Shown here: piece after piece, positions 35,691-45,707 of the stretch
Layout: each line of letters opens with the position of its first letter
Position numbering within the stretch: position 1 is the stretch's first letter
Source of the DNA: an uncultured Acidobacteriota bacterium
GTDB lineage: Bacteria; Acidobacteriota; Thermoanaerobaculia; UBA5066; Gp7-AA6
Assembly (NCBI GenBank): GCA_963764715.1
Contig: CAVXTP010000006.1
Span: 64,001 to 128,000, forward strand
DNA: 64,000 nucleotides
Direction of reading: 5' to 3'
The notes under the pieces: generated by a model
Told to the model about the DNA's origin: nothing
The model's database searches: none
Seen by the model: only the letters and a program-made list of their open reading frames with translations
Program-made: the position numbers and the translations under genes

Positions 35691-38600
35691 ATGAAAAAGT
35701 CGATGTCGGCCTGCCTGCTGGCCGGAGCGCTGCTCGCGCTGCCCCTCCCGGCGGCCGACTTCTACGTCTCTCCGACGGCTTCCTCCTCCGGCGACGGAAG
35801 CCAGTCCAACCCGTGGACTCTCGGCAAGGCGCTGGCCCACCCCTCCACCGTGAAGCCTGGCGACACGATCTGGCTCCGGGGCGGGACTTACAAGGGAAAC
35901 TTCGCGAGCTACATCAAGGGCGAGGCCAGCAAGCCGATCGTCGTTCGTCAGTATCCCGGCGAGCGAGCGACCATCGACGGCAATGGCAGCGGCACCTCGC
36001 CGACGTTCGACTTCCGGGGCCAGTACACCTGGTTCTGGGGATTTGAGATCACGAACTCCGATCCCACTCGGGGCTCCACAGATCCCGCCGGACCTCCTCG
36101 AGGGACGGCCGTCCTCTTTGCGAGTCCTGGATCGAAGCTCATCAACCTGGTCATTCACGACACGGGTCAGGGCGTGCTGACGCCATCCGGCGTGCCGGAC
36201 CACGAGATCTACGGCTGTCTCATCTACTACAACGGGACGGACGCCCCGGATCGCGGGCATGGGCATGCGATTTACGTTCAGAACGACGCGGGCTTCAAGC
36301 GGGTCATCGACAACATCCTCTTCGCCCAGTTCAGCTACGGCGTGCACGCCTACACGGAGGGAGGCGAAGCTCAACAACCTCTACTTCGAGGGCAACACCT
36401 CGTTCAACAACGGGATGCTCTCGCAGGTTTCGGGAGCGACGACGAACTTCCTGATCGGCGCCAACGGGACGCCGGCCACGAGCCCCGACTCGTCCGACAA
36501 AGTCGCCAAGAAGACCGTCCTCATCAACAATTACAGCTACTTTTCGGGCGCCGGCGGGATCGCAGTGAACCTCGGCTACAACAAGGGAATCGCTTCGCCG
36601 ACGATTCTCGACAACTATTTCGTGGGAAATACCGCCCTGGCGCTGATCAACGCCTTCCGGCCCATCCAGATGACCGGCAACACGCTCGACGGCTCGATCG
36701 GAGGCTTCCAGGCCTCGGAGTTCCCGAGCAACACCTACCTCACGTCCCGCCCGACCGGCGTCAAGGTCTTCGTTCGCCCGAACCAATACGAGCCGGGGCG
36801 GGCGAACATCACGGTCTACAACTGGGACCGTGCCCCGTCGGTCGCCGTGAGCCTCAAGGGGATCCTGAAGGCGGGCACCGCGTACGAGGTCCGCAACGCG
36901 CAGAATTTCTTCGGACCGGCGGTGCTGTCCGGGACCTACGACGGCTCCTCGAGCCTCTCGCTCCCGATGAACGGGCTCGCTCCGGCCGTTCCGGTCGGGC
37001 GTCCCGCTCCGGCTCCGACTGGACCCGACTTCCAGGTCTTCGTCGTGATGCCCAAGCCCGCCGTATCAACGGCGAAGCCGCCGGCGGCGGCGTTTTCGTT
37101 CGGTCCGCGCGGGCCCGTCGCCGGCGATCCGGTGGTCTTCACCGACCTTTCGGCGGGAGGCGCCTCCGCGCGCACATGGGACTTCGGGGACCCGGGGTCC
37201 GGCGGCCAGAACACGTCCGATGCCGTGCAGGCGGGGCACACGTTTTCCGGCGAGGGAACCTACACCGTCCGTCTGACCGTCTCGAACGACGGCGGCTCGA
37301 GCACGCGGTCGCGCGAGGTCGCGGTGACCTCCTCGCCCGGATCCCGCCAGGCCGGGCTGACCGTCGCGGGCCACGTACGGGGGGCCACGGGGACGACGTT
37401 CCTCACGGACCTCTGCATTCAGAATCCGAGCGCCGACGACGTTTCGGCGCAGCTCTCTTTTTCGCCGAGCAGCGGCGACCCTCCGCTCGAAACGACGCTG
37501 TCCCTGGCCGCCGGCGAGACCCGCGTCCTGACGGACGTGGTCGCCTCGCAGTTCGGCGTCGACAACGGCCTCGGCTCGATCCGGGCCGAGACCGAGGGAA
37601 CGCCGCCGGCCTCCCTGCGGCTCGCATCCCGCACCTACGTCGCCGACGGGGGCGGCACGCTCGGGCTCGGGACGGTCGGCTTTACGGCCGCGGACGACGT
37701 CCGGGGCGACCGCTTCCTGTCGAACATCGCGATCTCCGATGCGTTCCGGACGAACCTCGGCGCCCTCAACACGTCGGACCAGGCGCTCGGGTTCGCGCTG
37801 CAGCTCCGGGACGGGAACGGCAACGTCGTCGGCCGGACGACCCTGTCGCTGCCTGCCGGCGCCCAGCGACAGTGGGCGCTCGCCGAGCTCTTCCCCGGCG
37901 TCACGGGAACCGGCCTCACGGCCCGCCTCTCGCCCCCGGCCGGGAGCCTCGCGCCGTTCGCCTACACGGCGGTGACCGACAACGTCTCGAGCGACCCGAC
38001 CTACTACGGGGCGCTGGCGCCGTCGCCGGTCCACTACGTGCCCGGCATCGCCGGAATCACGGGTTTCGGCAACGCCTACTTCCGCAGCGAGATCTCGATC
38101 GCCAACAGCGGTCACGGGCCGGCCACCGTCCGGGTGACGTTCCTCGAGCACGACCGGAACAACACGACCGCGCCGGCCTCGACCTTCGTGCTCGCGCCCT
38201 ACGAGACGTTCCATGCGGACGACGCGCTGCAGACGCTCTTCGGCGTGACCGAGACCTACGGCGCGCTCCGCGTCGAAACCGACACTTCGCCGGGAGTCAC
38301 CGTCTTCGAGCGGATCCTGACGGATTCCACCACGACGGCGGGCACCGTCGGGCAGCAGGTCGACGCGCTCCCGGCGGAAGACCTTCAGGCCCGCGGGGCC
38401 CTGCTCGGGGTCCGCCAGGACGACGCCTTCCGCTCCAACATCGGTCTCCTGAACCCGAACCCCGCGGTCGCCACCATCACCCTGACCCTGATCCGACCGC
38501 CCTCCACGCACCTCGGCTCCGCCACGGTCCACGTGGCGCCCTGGGGCTACGTCCAGCGCAACTTCGCCGCGCTCTTCCCGTCCGCCGCGCTCGACACGGG

Positions 38601-38709
38601 GGAGGTCGTGTCGCTCGACGTCGACGGCGGCGGCCAGCCCGTGTTCGCCTTCGCGTCGGTCATCGACAACGCCTCGCAGGACCCGACTTACTTCCCCGAG
38701 CTGCCCTGA
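35691..38709 (+). CDS. secreted beta-helix protein A5 (diverged head, PKD domain, three C-terminal beta-sandwich repeats; indel near 36365)
   Basis: MKKSMSACLL signal; DFYVSP..NPW, GHGHAIY; PKD WDFGD..HTF..GTYTVRLTVSN; FRTNLG / FRSNIG..AFASVIDNASQDP. Confidence 0.8.
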
Positions 38710-38756
38710 CCCCCCGCCCGGCGGGGGCGGCTTGACTCCCCTGTTAGCATCTTGAA

Positions 38757-39713
38757 ATGGCAACAACCGACGCAAAGTCGGGGGCTTCCGGGCCCTCGGT
38801 GAGTATCGGCCTGCCCGTGTACAACGGCGAGGAATTCCTGGAGGACGCGCTCGCCTCGATCGCCGCGCAGACCTTTTCGGATTACGAGGTCATCATCTCG
38901 GACAACGCGTCCTCCGACGCCACGCCCGAGATCGCGCAGCGCCACGCCGCGCGGGATGCGCGCATCCGTTACCACCGGAACCCGGCCAACATCGGGGGCG
39001 ACCGCAACTACTCCCGGTGCATCGAGCTTTCCCGGGGGAAATACTTCCTGGGCGTCGCCCACGACGATCGGCTTCATCCCGACTATCTCCGCCGCGTGGT
39101 GGAAGTGATGGAGGGGGACCCCTCGGTCGTGTTCTGCCACGCCCGCGCGAGCCGGATCGACGGCTCGGGCGAGGTCGTCGACACCTACGACCCCCATCCC
39201 TTCTCGACGTCCTCCCGGCCCGCGGAACGCTTCCGCGACGCCATCAGCCAGCGCCCGGTGATCGCGCACCTCGGGATGATCCGAACGAGCGTGCTGCGTG
39301 CGATGCCGCCTCTCGTCGTCTACCCGGCCTCCGACTCCTACTGGCAGGCCGAGTTCGCCCTCCGGGGCAGGCTCGTGGAGATTCCGGAGCCGCTCTTCTA
39401 TCGGAGGGTCCACGTCCGGAGCGGCGGCACCATTCCCCTGCACGAGCGGATCCGCTGGTCGGACCCGTCGAAGGCGGGCACGGTCATCTTCCCGGCGTGG
39501 CGGCGCCCCACGGAGTATGCCCGCTCCGTCATGCGAGTGTCGCTGGCCCCGGGCGAGCGTCTCCAGTGTCTGGCCGAGATCGCCCGCTACCAGTGGCAGC
39601 GCGGTCTCTGGCCCCTGCTGCGCGACGTCAAGTCGGCCGCGAAAACCCTCCTCGGCCGCTCCTCGCTCGGCCGGGGGCTCCTCGAGACGTGGAGGCGGGT
39701 GCGCGGGCGCTGA
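38757..39713 (+). CDS. glycosyltransferase family 2
   Basis: SIGLPVYNGE, ISDNASSD, AHDD; TG-extended TAGCAT 6 nt upstream (leaderless). Confidence 0.92.
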   Translation: MATTDAKSGASGPSVSIGLPVYNGEEFLEDALASIAAQTFSDYEVIISDNASSDATPEIAQRHAARDARIRYHRNPANIGGDRNYSRCIELSRGKYFLGVAHDDRLHPDYLRRVVEVMEGDPSVVFCHARASRIDGSGEVVDTYDPHPFSTSSRPAERFRDAISQRPVIAHLGMIRTSVLRAMPPLVVYPASDSYWQAEFALRGRLVEIPEPLFYRRVHVRSGGTIPLHERIRWSDPSKAGTVIFPAWRRPTEYARSVMRVSLAPGERLQCLAEIARYQWQRGLWPLLRDVKSAAKTLLGRSSLGRGLLETWRRVRGR

Positions 39714-39727
39714 TAGCCTGCGCCCCG

Positions 39728-40978
39728 ATGAACGCCATGAATGCTTCGCCCGCGCAGCGGTGCCGATTCTGCGGGACACCGCTCGAGCGCGTGTTCATCG
39801 ACCTCGGCATGTCCCCTCTCTGCGAGACGTTCCTGCGGCCCGAGGAGCTCAACCGCATGGAGCCGTTTTACCCGCTGAAGGTCTGGGTCTGCGAGTCCTG
39901 CTTCCTGGTGCAGCTCCAGGAATACGTCTCCCCGGCCGAGATCTTCACGGAGTACGCCTACTTCTCGTCGTTCTCGACCTCGTGGCTCGAGCACGCGAAG
40001 GCCTACACCGACATGGCGGTGGCCCGGTTCGGCCTGGGGCCGTCCTCGCGGGTCGTCGAAATCGCGAGCAACGACGGATACCTTCTCCAGTACTTCGTCG
40101 AGAAAGGCGTTCCCGTGCTCGGCGTCGAGCCCGCGGCCAACGTCGCGAAGGCGGCGGTCGAACGCGGCGTGCCGACCGTCGTGCGCTTCTTCGGCCGCCA
40201 GACCGCCGGGGACCTCGTGAAGAGCCACGGGACGGCGGACCTCATCGTCGGCAACAACGTGCTCGCCCACGTCCCGGACATCAACGACTTCGTGGGCGGG
40301 CTCAAGCTCCTCCTCTCGGCCGGCGGCGCCGTGACGATGGAGTTCCCGCACCTCTGGCGCCTGATGGACGAGAACCAGTTCGACACGATCTACCACGAGC
40401 ACTTCTCCTACCTGTCGTTCTCCACGGTCCGCGAGATCTTCGCCGCGCACGGCCTACGGCTCTTCGACGTCGAGCGCCTCTCGACCCACGGCGGCTCGCT
40501 CCGGATCTTCGCCTGCCACGCCGACGACCCGCGGCCCACGGGACCGCGCGCCGAGACCCTCGCGGCCGAGGAGCAGGAGGCCGGCTTCCGTTCCATCGAG
40601 CGGTACACGACCTTCGCGCCGCAGGTCGAGGAGACCAAGCGCGCGCTCCTCGATTTCCTGATCTCGGCGCGCCGGCGCGGCGCGTCGATCGCCGCTTACG
40701 GGGCGCCGGGCAAGGGAAACACGCTCCTGAACTACTGCGGGATCCGGACCGACTTCGTCGACTACGCAGTCGACCGCAATCCCTACAAGCACGGCCGCTA
40801 CACGCCGGGCACGCACATTCCGATCTTTCCGCCCGAAAGGATCCGCGAGACCCGGCCGGACTACGTGCTGATTCTTCCCTGGAACCTCCGGGACGAGATC
40901 GTCGGCCAGCTCGCCGGCGTGCGGGAGTGGGGAGGGAAGTTCGTGGTCCCGATCCCCCGCGTGGCGGTGATCCCCTGA
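39728..40978 (+). CDS. NDP-hexose C3-methyltransferase (Zn-finger, SAM-dependent)
   Basis: CRFCG..DLGMSP, CESCFLVQL, EIASNDGYLL, FDTIYHEH, YGAPGKGNT, LPWN. Confidence 0.92.
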   Translation: MNAMNASPAQRCRFCGTPLERVFIDLGMSPLCETFLRPEELNRMEPFYPLKVWVCESCFLVQLQEYVSPAEIFTEYAYFSSFSTSWLEHAKAYTDMAVARFGLGPSSRVVEIASNDGYLLQYFVEKGVPVLGVEPAANVAKAAVERGVPTVVRFFGRQTAGDLVKSHGTADLIVGNNVLAHVPDINDFVGGLKLLLSAGGAVTMEFPHLWRLMDENQFDTIYHEHFSYLSFSTVREIFAAHGLRLFDVERLSTHGGSLRIFACHADDPRPTGPRAETLAAEEQEAGFRSIERYTTFAPQVEETKRALLDFLISARRRGASIAAYGAPGKGNTLLNYCGIRTDFVDYAVDRNPYKHGRYTPGTHIPIFPPERIRETRPDYVLILPWNLRDEIVGQLAGVREWGGKFVVPIPRVAVIP

Positions 40979-41508
40979 TGCGCTTCCAGGAGACGTCGCT
41001 CCCCGGCACCTTCGTCGTCGAGCCCGACCGGTTCGAGGACTCGCGGGGATTCTTCGCGCGGACCTTCTGCGCGGCGGAGTTCGTCGAGCGCGGGCTCGAC
41101 CCCCGCGTCGCCCAGGCGAACGTCTCCTTCAACGACCGCCGCGGAACGCTCCGGGGAATGCACTACCAGCGGCCGCCGCACGCCGAAGCCAAGCTCGTGC
41201 GCTGCACGCGGGGCGCCATCCACGACGTCGTGATCGACCTGCGGCGGGACTCCCCCGTGTTTCGCAGGCATTTCGCCGTGCGGCTGACCTCGGAGAACCG
41301 GACGATGCTCTACGTTCCCGAAGGCCTGGCGCACGGCTATCTCACGCTCGAGGACTCGACGGAAGTCGCCTACCAGATGTCGGTGCCGTACAGCCCGGAC
41401 CATGGCGCGGGCGTTCGCTTCGACGATCCCGCGTTCGGGATCGCCTGGCCCGAGCCGGTGCGCGTGATCGCGGAGCGCGACCGGACCTATCCGGACTTCG
41501 CGGAATGA
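40978..41508 (+). CDS. rfbC: NDP-4-keto-6-deoxyhexose 3,5-epimerase (RmlC family)
   Basis: DSRGFFAR, GTLRGMHYQ, KLVRCTRG, PEGLAHG. Confidence 0.92.
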   Translation: MRFQETSLPGTFVVEPDRFEDSRGFFARTFCAAEFVERGLDPRVAQANVSFNDRRGTLRGMHYQRPPHAEAKLVRCTRGAIHDVVIDLRRDSPVFRRHFAVRLTSENRTMLYVPEGLAHGYLTLEDSTEVAYQMSVPYSPDHGAGVRFDDPAFGIAWPEPVRVIAERDRTYPDFAE

Positions 41509-42830
41509 GCGCGGCCGGTTCGCTCGCGGAGACCCGGCGGACGGCGGACCTTCCGGCCCTGGGCGGAACGATGCACGAGCTCGTCGCGAGGCTCTACCCG
41601 GTGTGCCGGAGCATCACCGGAGAGGGCCTGCGCCAGACCCTCCGGGTGCTGCGCGAGGAGACCGGCCTGACGATTCACGAGGTCCCGTCGGGCACCCCGG
41701 TCCTCGACTGGACCGTCCCCAACGAGTGGAACATCCGCGACGCCTGGGTCGCGGACGCGCGGGGCGAGCGGGTCATCGACTTCCGCCGCTCGAACCTGCA
41801 CGTCGTCAACTACAGCGTGCCGGTGCGCGGCCGCTTCACGCTGTCGGAGCTGCGTCCCCGGCTCCACACCCTGCCGGACCGGCCCGACTGGGTTCCCTAC
41901 CGCACGTCCTACTACGCCGAGGACTGGGGATTCTGTCTCGCTCACCGCGACCTCGAACGGCTGGGCGAGGGGCCCTACGACGTCGTGATCGACTCGACCC
42001 TCGCTCCAGGAAGCCTCAGCTACGGCGAGCTGCTGCTGCCGGGCTCGCTCCCCGACGAGGTGCTGCTCTCGGCGCACGCCTGCCACCCGTCGCTCGCCAA
42101 CGACAACCTTTCCGGCCTGGCTCTCCTCGCGACGCTCGCGCGGATGCTCTCGGGCGTCGAGCGGCGCTACTCCTACCGCTTCCTGTTCCTGCCCGGGACG
42201 ATCGGCTCGATCACGTGGCTCGCCAGGAACGAAGCCGCCGCCGCCCGGATCCGCAACGGACTGACGGCGGCCTGCGTCGGCGACGCCGGCCCGCTGACGT
42301 ACAAGAAGAGCCGGCGGGGCGACGCCGAGATCGATCGCGCCGCGCAGCACGTCCTGAAACACTCGGGCGAACCGCACCGGATCGTCGACTTCTCGCCCTA
42401 CGGGTACGACGAACGGCAGTACAACTCGCCCGGCTTCAATCTCGCGGTCGGCAGCCTGACCCGCACGCCGCACGGCGCGTACCCCGAGTACCACACCTCG
42501 GCCGACGACGTCGGATTCGTGCGCCCCGAGAGCCTCGCCGGATCTCTGCGCGCATACCTCGCGGTCGTCGCCGTCCTCGAAGGCAACGGCCGGTACCGGA
42601 ACACGCACCCGAAAGGCGAGCCGCAGCTCGGCCGCCGCGGCCTCTATCGGGCGATCGGCGGCGAGCCCGACCCGGGGCAGCTCCAGATGGCGATGCTCTG
42701 GGTGCTCAATCTCTCCGACGGCGGGCCGACGCTGCTCGACGTCGCCGACCGCTCCGGCCTCCCGTTCGACCGCGTGCGGGCCGCCGCGGACGCCCTGCTC
42801 GACCACGGCCTCCTCGAGCCCGTGTCCTAG
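41505..42830 (+). CDS. DUF4910 aminopeptidase-like polysaccharide biosynthesis protein with C-terminal wHTH
   Basis: RSITGEG, DWTVPNEWN, PYRTSYY, CHPSLANDNLSG, YPEYHTSAD, GEPQLGRRGLY. Confidence 0.88.
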   Translation: MSAAGSLAETRRTADLPALGGTMHELVARLYPVCRSITGEGLRQTLRVLREETGLTIHEVPSGTPVLDWTVPNEWNIRDAWVADARGERVIDFRRSNLHVVNYSVPVRGRFTLSELRPRLHTLPDRPDWVPYRTSYYAEDWGFCLAHRDLERLGEGPYDVVIDSTLAPGSLSYGELLLPGSLPDEVLLSAHACHPSLANDNLSGLALLATLARMLSGVERRYSYRFLFLPGTIGSITWLARNEAAAARIRNGLTAACVGDAGPLTYKKSRRGDAEIDRAAQHVLKHSGEPHRIVDFSPYGYDERQYNSPGFNLAVGSLTRTPHGAYPEYHTSADDVGFVRPESLAGSLRAYLAVVAVLEGNGRYRNTHPKGEPQLGRRGLYRAIGGEPDPGQLQMAMLWVLNLSDGGPTLLDVADRSGLPFDRVRAAADALLDHGLLEPVS

Positions 42831-42840
42831 CCCCCCGGGC

Positions 42841-42849
42841 TGGTACAAT
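42841..42849 (+). promoter_or_regulatory. extended -10 internal promoter before rfbF
   Basis: TGgTACAAT ending 24 nt before ATG 42874. Confidence 0.5.
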
Positions 42850-42873
42850 GGTCGTGAACCGAAAAACCGAGCC

Positions 42874-43662
42874 ATGAAGGTCGTTCTCTTCTGCGGCGGC
42901 CTTGGGATGCGTCTCAAGGAGTACTCCGAAATCATCCCGAAGCCGATGATCAACATCGGCTACCGGCCCATTCTCTGGTACGTGATGAAGTACTACGCCC
43001 ATTTCGGCCACAAGGAATTCATCCTGTGCCTGGGCTACAAGGCCGACATCATCAAGAACTACTTCCTCAACTACAACGAGTACCTCTCGAACGACTTCAC
43101 CCTGACCAACGGCGGCCGTGACATCGCGCTCGCGTCGAGCGACATCCAGGACTGGAAGATCACCTTCGTCGACACGGGCCTCCACGCGAACATCGGGATG
43201 CGGCTGAAGGCGGTCCAGAAATACGTCGAGAACGACGAGCTCTTCCTGGCCAACTACACCGACGGCCTCTCGGACTGCCCGCTGCCGGCCCTGATCGACA
43301 CGATCCGCGAAAAGAAGAAGACCGGGATCTTCCTCTCCACGCGGCCCGGCTTCACGTTCCACCTCGTCAGCGCCAACGGCGACGGCAACGTCACCGACAT
43401 CAAGGACGTCTCGAAGTCGGACATCTGGGTCAACGCCGGGTTCTTCGTGCTCCGGCCTTCGATCTTCGACGCGCTGCGGCCGGGCGAGGAGCTCGTGCAG
43501 GAGCCGTTCCAGCGCCTGATCGCGAAGAAAGAGCTGATCACGCACAAGTACGACGGCTTCTTCGTGGGAATGGACACCTTCAAGGAGAAGCAGCTGCTCG
43601 ACGACATGTACGCGCGCGGGGAGACGCCCTGGGAGGTCTGGAAGCCCCCAGGCCCGCGCTGA
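42874..43662 (+). CDS. rfbF: glucose-1-phosphate cytidylyltransferase
   Basis: VVLFCGGLGMRL, PKPM, FVDTG, VNAGFF, MDTFKE. Confidence 0.9.
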   Translation: MKVVLFCGGLGMRLKEYSEIIPKPMINIGYRPILWYVMKYYAHFGHKEFILCLGYKADIIKNYFLNYNEYLSNDFTLTNGGRDIALASSDIQDWKITFVDTGLHANIGMRLKAVQKYVENDELFLANYTDGLSDCPLPALIDTIREKKKTGIFLSTRPGFTFHLVSANGDGNVTDIKDVSKSDIWVNAGFFVLRPSIFDALRPGEELVQEPFQRLIAKKELITHKYDGFFVGMDTFKEKQLLDDMYARGETPWEVWKPPGPR

Positions 43663-43678
43663 GGACGCCCCACCCCGC

Positions 43679-45031
43679 ATGAGCGCGAAGCCGCCCCTCG
43701 CCGATCCCGCCGCCGCGCCCCTGGCGGAGTCCGAGCGCTCGGCCGAGCTCCGCCAGCGGGCGCACGATCTCGTTCCCGGCGGCGCCCACACCTACGCCAA
43801 GGGCGACGATCAGTATCCCGAAGGCGCTCCCGCCTTCATCGTCCGGGGCCGCGGCTGCCACGTCTGGGACCTCGACGGCCGGGAGTTCATCGAGTACGGC
43901 ATGGGACTGCGGTCGGTGACACTCGGCCACGCCCATCCCGCCGTCGTCGAGGCGGCGGCCGCCGCCATGCGCCTCGGCGCCAACTTCACCCGGCCCTCCC
44001 CCCTCGAGGTCGAGTGCGCCGAGCGCCTGCTCGGCCTGATCCGTGGCGCGGACATGGCGAAGTTCTGCAAGAACGGCTCGGACGCGACGACGGCCGCCGT
44101 CAAGCTCGCGCGCGCCTGCACGGGCCGGGACCTCGTCGCCATCTGCCGCGACCAGCCCTTCTTCTCGACGGACGACTGGTTCATCGGGACGACCGCGATG
44201 CCGGCCGGGATCCCGAAGAGCACGCGCGCCCTGACTCTGAATTTCCGCTACAACGACCTCGAGAGCGTCGACGCTCTCTTCCGCCGGTTCCCGGGACAGA
44301 TCGCCTGTCTCGTGCTCGAGGCCGCCGCGGTGCACGAGCCGGCCCCCGGCTTCCTCGAAGGGCTGCGCGACCGCTGCCACGCGGCGGGCGCCCTCCTCGT
44401 CTTCGACGAGATGATCACGGGCTTCCGCTGGCACCTCGGGGGCGCGCAGGCGCTCTACGGCGTCACCCCGGATCTCTCCACGTTCGGAAAGGCCCTCGCG
44501 AACGGATTCTCCGTCTCGGCCCTCGTCGGCAAGCGGGAGTTCATGGAGCGCGGCGGCATCCGCCACGCGGGAGAGCGGGTCTTCCTGCTCTCGACGACGC
44601 ATGGCGCCGAGAGCCACGGGCTCGCGGCCGCGGTCGAGACAATGAAGATCTACGAACGCGAGGGGGTCGTCGAAGTCCTGCACCGCCAGGGCGCGCGGCT
44701 CCGGGCCGGGATCGAGGAGGCGGCGCGCCGCCAGGGCGTCGAGGGCCACTTCCAGGTCCTCGGCCGGGACTGCAACCTCGTCTATGCGGCGAGGGATGCC
44801 GACGGCAAGCCCTCCCAGCCCTTCCGGACCCTGGTCCTGCAGGAGACGCTCAAGCGGGGCATTCTCATGCCGTCGCTCGTGGTCAGCTTCGCGCACGGCA
44901 ACGACGAGATCGATCGGACGATCGAGGCGGTCGGCGAGGCCCTGGCCGTGTACCGGAGAGCGCTCGACGGCGGGATCGAGCGTTTCCTCGAGGGCCGTCC
45001 GGTCCAGCCGGTCTTCCGGCCGGAAAACTGA
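43679..45031 (+). CDS. class III PLP aminotransferase (glutamate-1-semialdehyde aminomutase-like), polysaccharide-associated
   Basis: WDLDG, LGHAHP, KNGSDAT, FDEMITGFR, PDLSTFGKALANG. Confidence 0.88.
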   Translation: MSAKPPLADPAAAPLAESERSAELRQRAHDLVPGGAHTYAKGDDQYPEGAPAFIVRGRGCHVWDLDGREFIEYGMGLRSVTLGHAHPAVVEAAAAAMRLGANFTRPSPLEVECAERLLGLIRGADMAKFCKNGSDATTAAVKLARACTGRDLVAICRDQPFFSTDDWFIGTTAMPAGIPKSTRALTLNFRYNDLESVDALFRRFPGQIACLVLEAAAVHEPAPGFLEGLRDRCHAAGALLVFDEMITGFRWHLGGAQALYGVTPDLSTFGKALANGFSVSALVGKREFMERGGIRHAGERVFLLSTTHGAESHGLAAAVETMKIYEREGVVEVLHRQGARLRAGIEEAARRQGVEGHFQVLGRDCNLVYAARDADGKPSQPFRTLVLQETLKRGILMPSLVVSFAHGNDEIDRTIEAVGEALAVYRRALDGGIERFLEGRPVQPVFRPEN

Positions 45032-45043
45032 CGAGCCGATCCG

Positions 45044-45700
45044 ATGCTGCGCCTCGAGCTTCCTCGCCGGACGAGCGCACCGCTCCGCGTTCTGTGTCTC
45101 GGCGCGCACTCCGACGACATCGAGATCGGCTGCGGCGGCACCCTCCTTCACCTCCTGGAGCGGCCGGGAAAAGTCGAGATCGACTGGGTCGTCTTCAGCG
45201 GCTCGGCCGTCCGGGCGCGGGAGGCGCGGCGCAGCGCCCGGGCGCTCGCCGGCGGCGCGAAGGGGTTGCGCTTCCAGTCGAAGACGTTCCGCGACGGCTT
45301 CTTCCCCTCCCAGGTCGTCCGCCTCAAGGAGGAGTTCGAGCGCCTCAAGCGGCGGCCGTCACCGGACCTCGTCTTCTGCCCCTGGAGAGGCGACGCCCAC
45401 CAGGACCACCGGACGCTCGCCGAGCTCGCCTGGAACACGTTCCGCGATCACCTGATCCTCGAGTACGAGATTCCCAAGTACGACGGCGACCTCCGGTCGC
45501 CCAACCTGTACGTGCCGCTGTCCGAGGCGATCTGCCGGAAGAAGATCGAGCACGTCCTGAAGGCCTTTCCGTCGCAGGCGGACAACCAGTGGTTCGACGC
45601 CGAGACCTTCTGGGCGCCCCTTCGCCTTCGGGGGATCGAGTCCAACTCCCCCTCCCGCTTCGCCGAGGGCTTCTACTGCCGGAAGACCGTCCTGGCGTAG
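45044..45700 (+). CDS. PIG-L/LmbE-family deacetylase
   Basis: GAHSDDIEIGCGG, DAHQDH, YEIPKYDGD, AEGF. Confidence 0.9.
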   Translation: MLRLELPRRTSAPLRVLCLGAHSDDIEIGCGGTLLHLLERPGKVEIDWVVFSGSAVRAREARRSARALAGGAKGLRFQSKTFRDGFFPSQVVRLKEEFERLKRRPSPDLVFCPWRGDAHQDHRTLAELAWNTFRDHLILEYEIPKYDGDLRSPNLYVPLSEAICRKKIEHVLKAFPSQADNQWFDAETFWAPLRLRGIESNSPSRFAEGFYCRKTVLA

Positions 45701-45707
45701 CCCCGGA

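Noticed and set aside
43679-45031. hemL assignment
   Set aside because: It lacks the HemL PGGVNSPVR signature (has PGGAHTYAKG) and lies in a sugar cluster.
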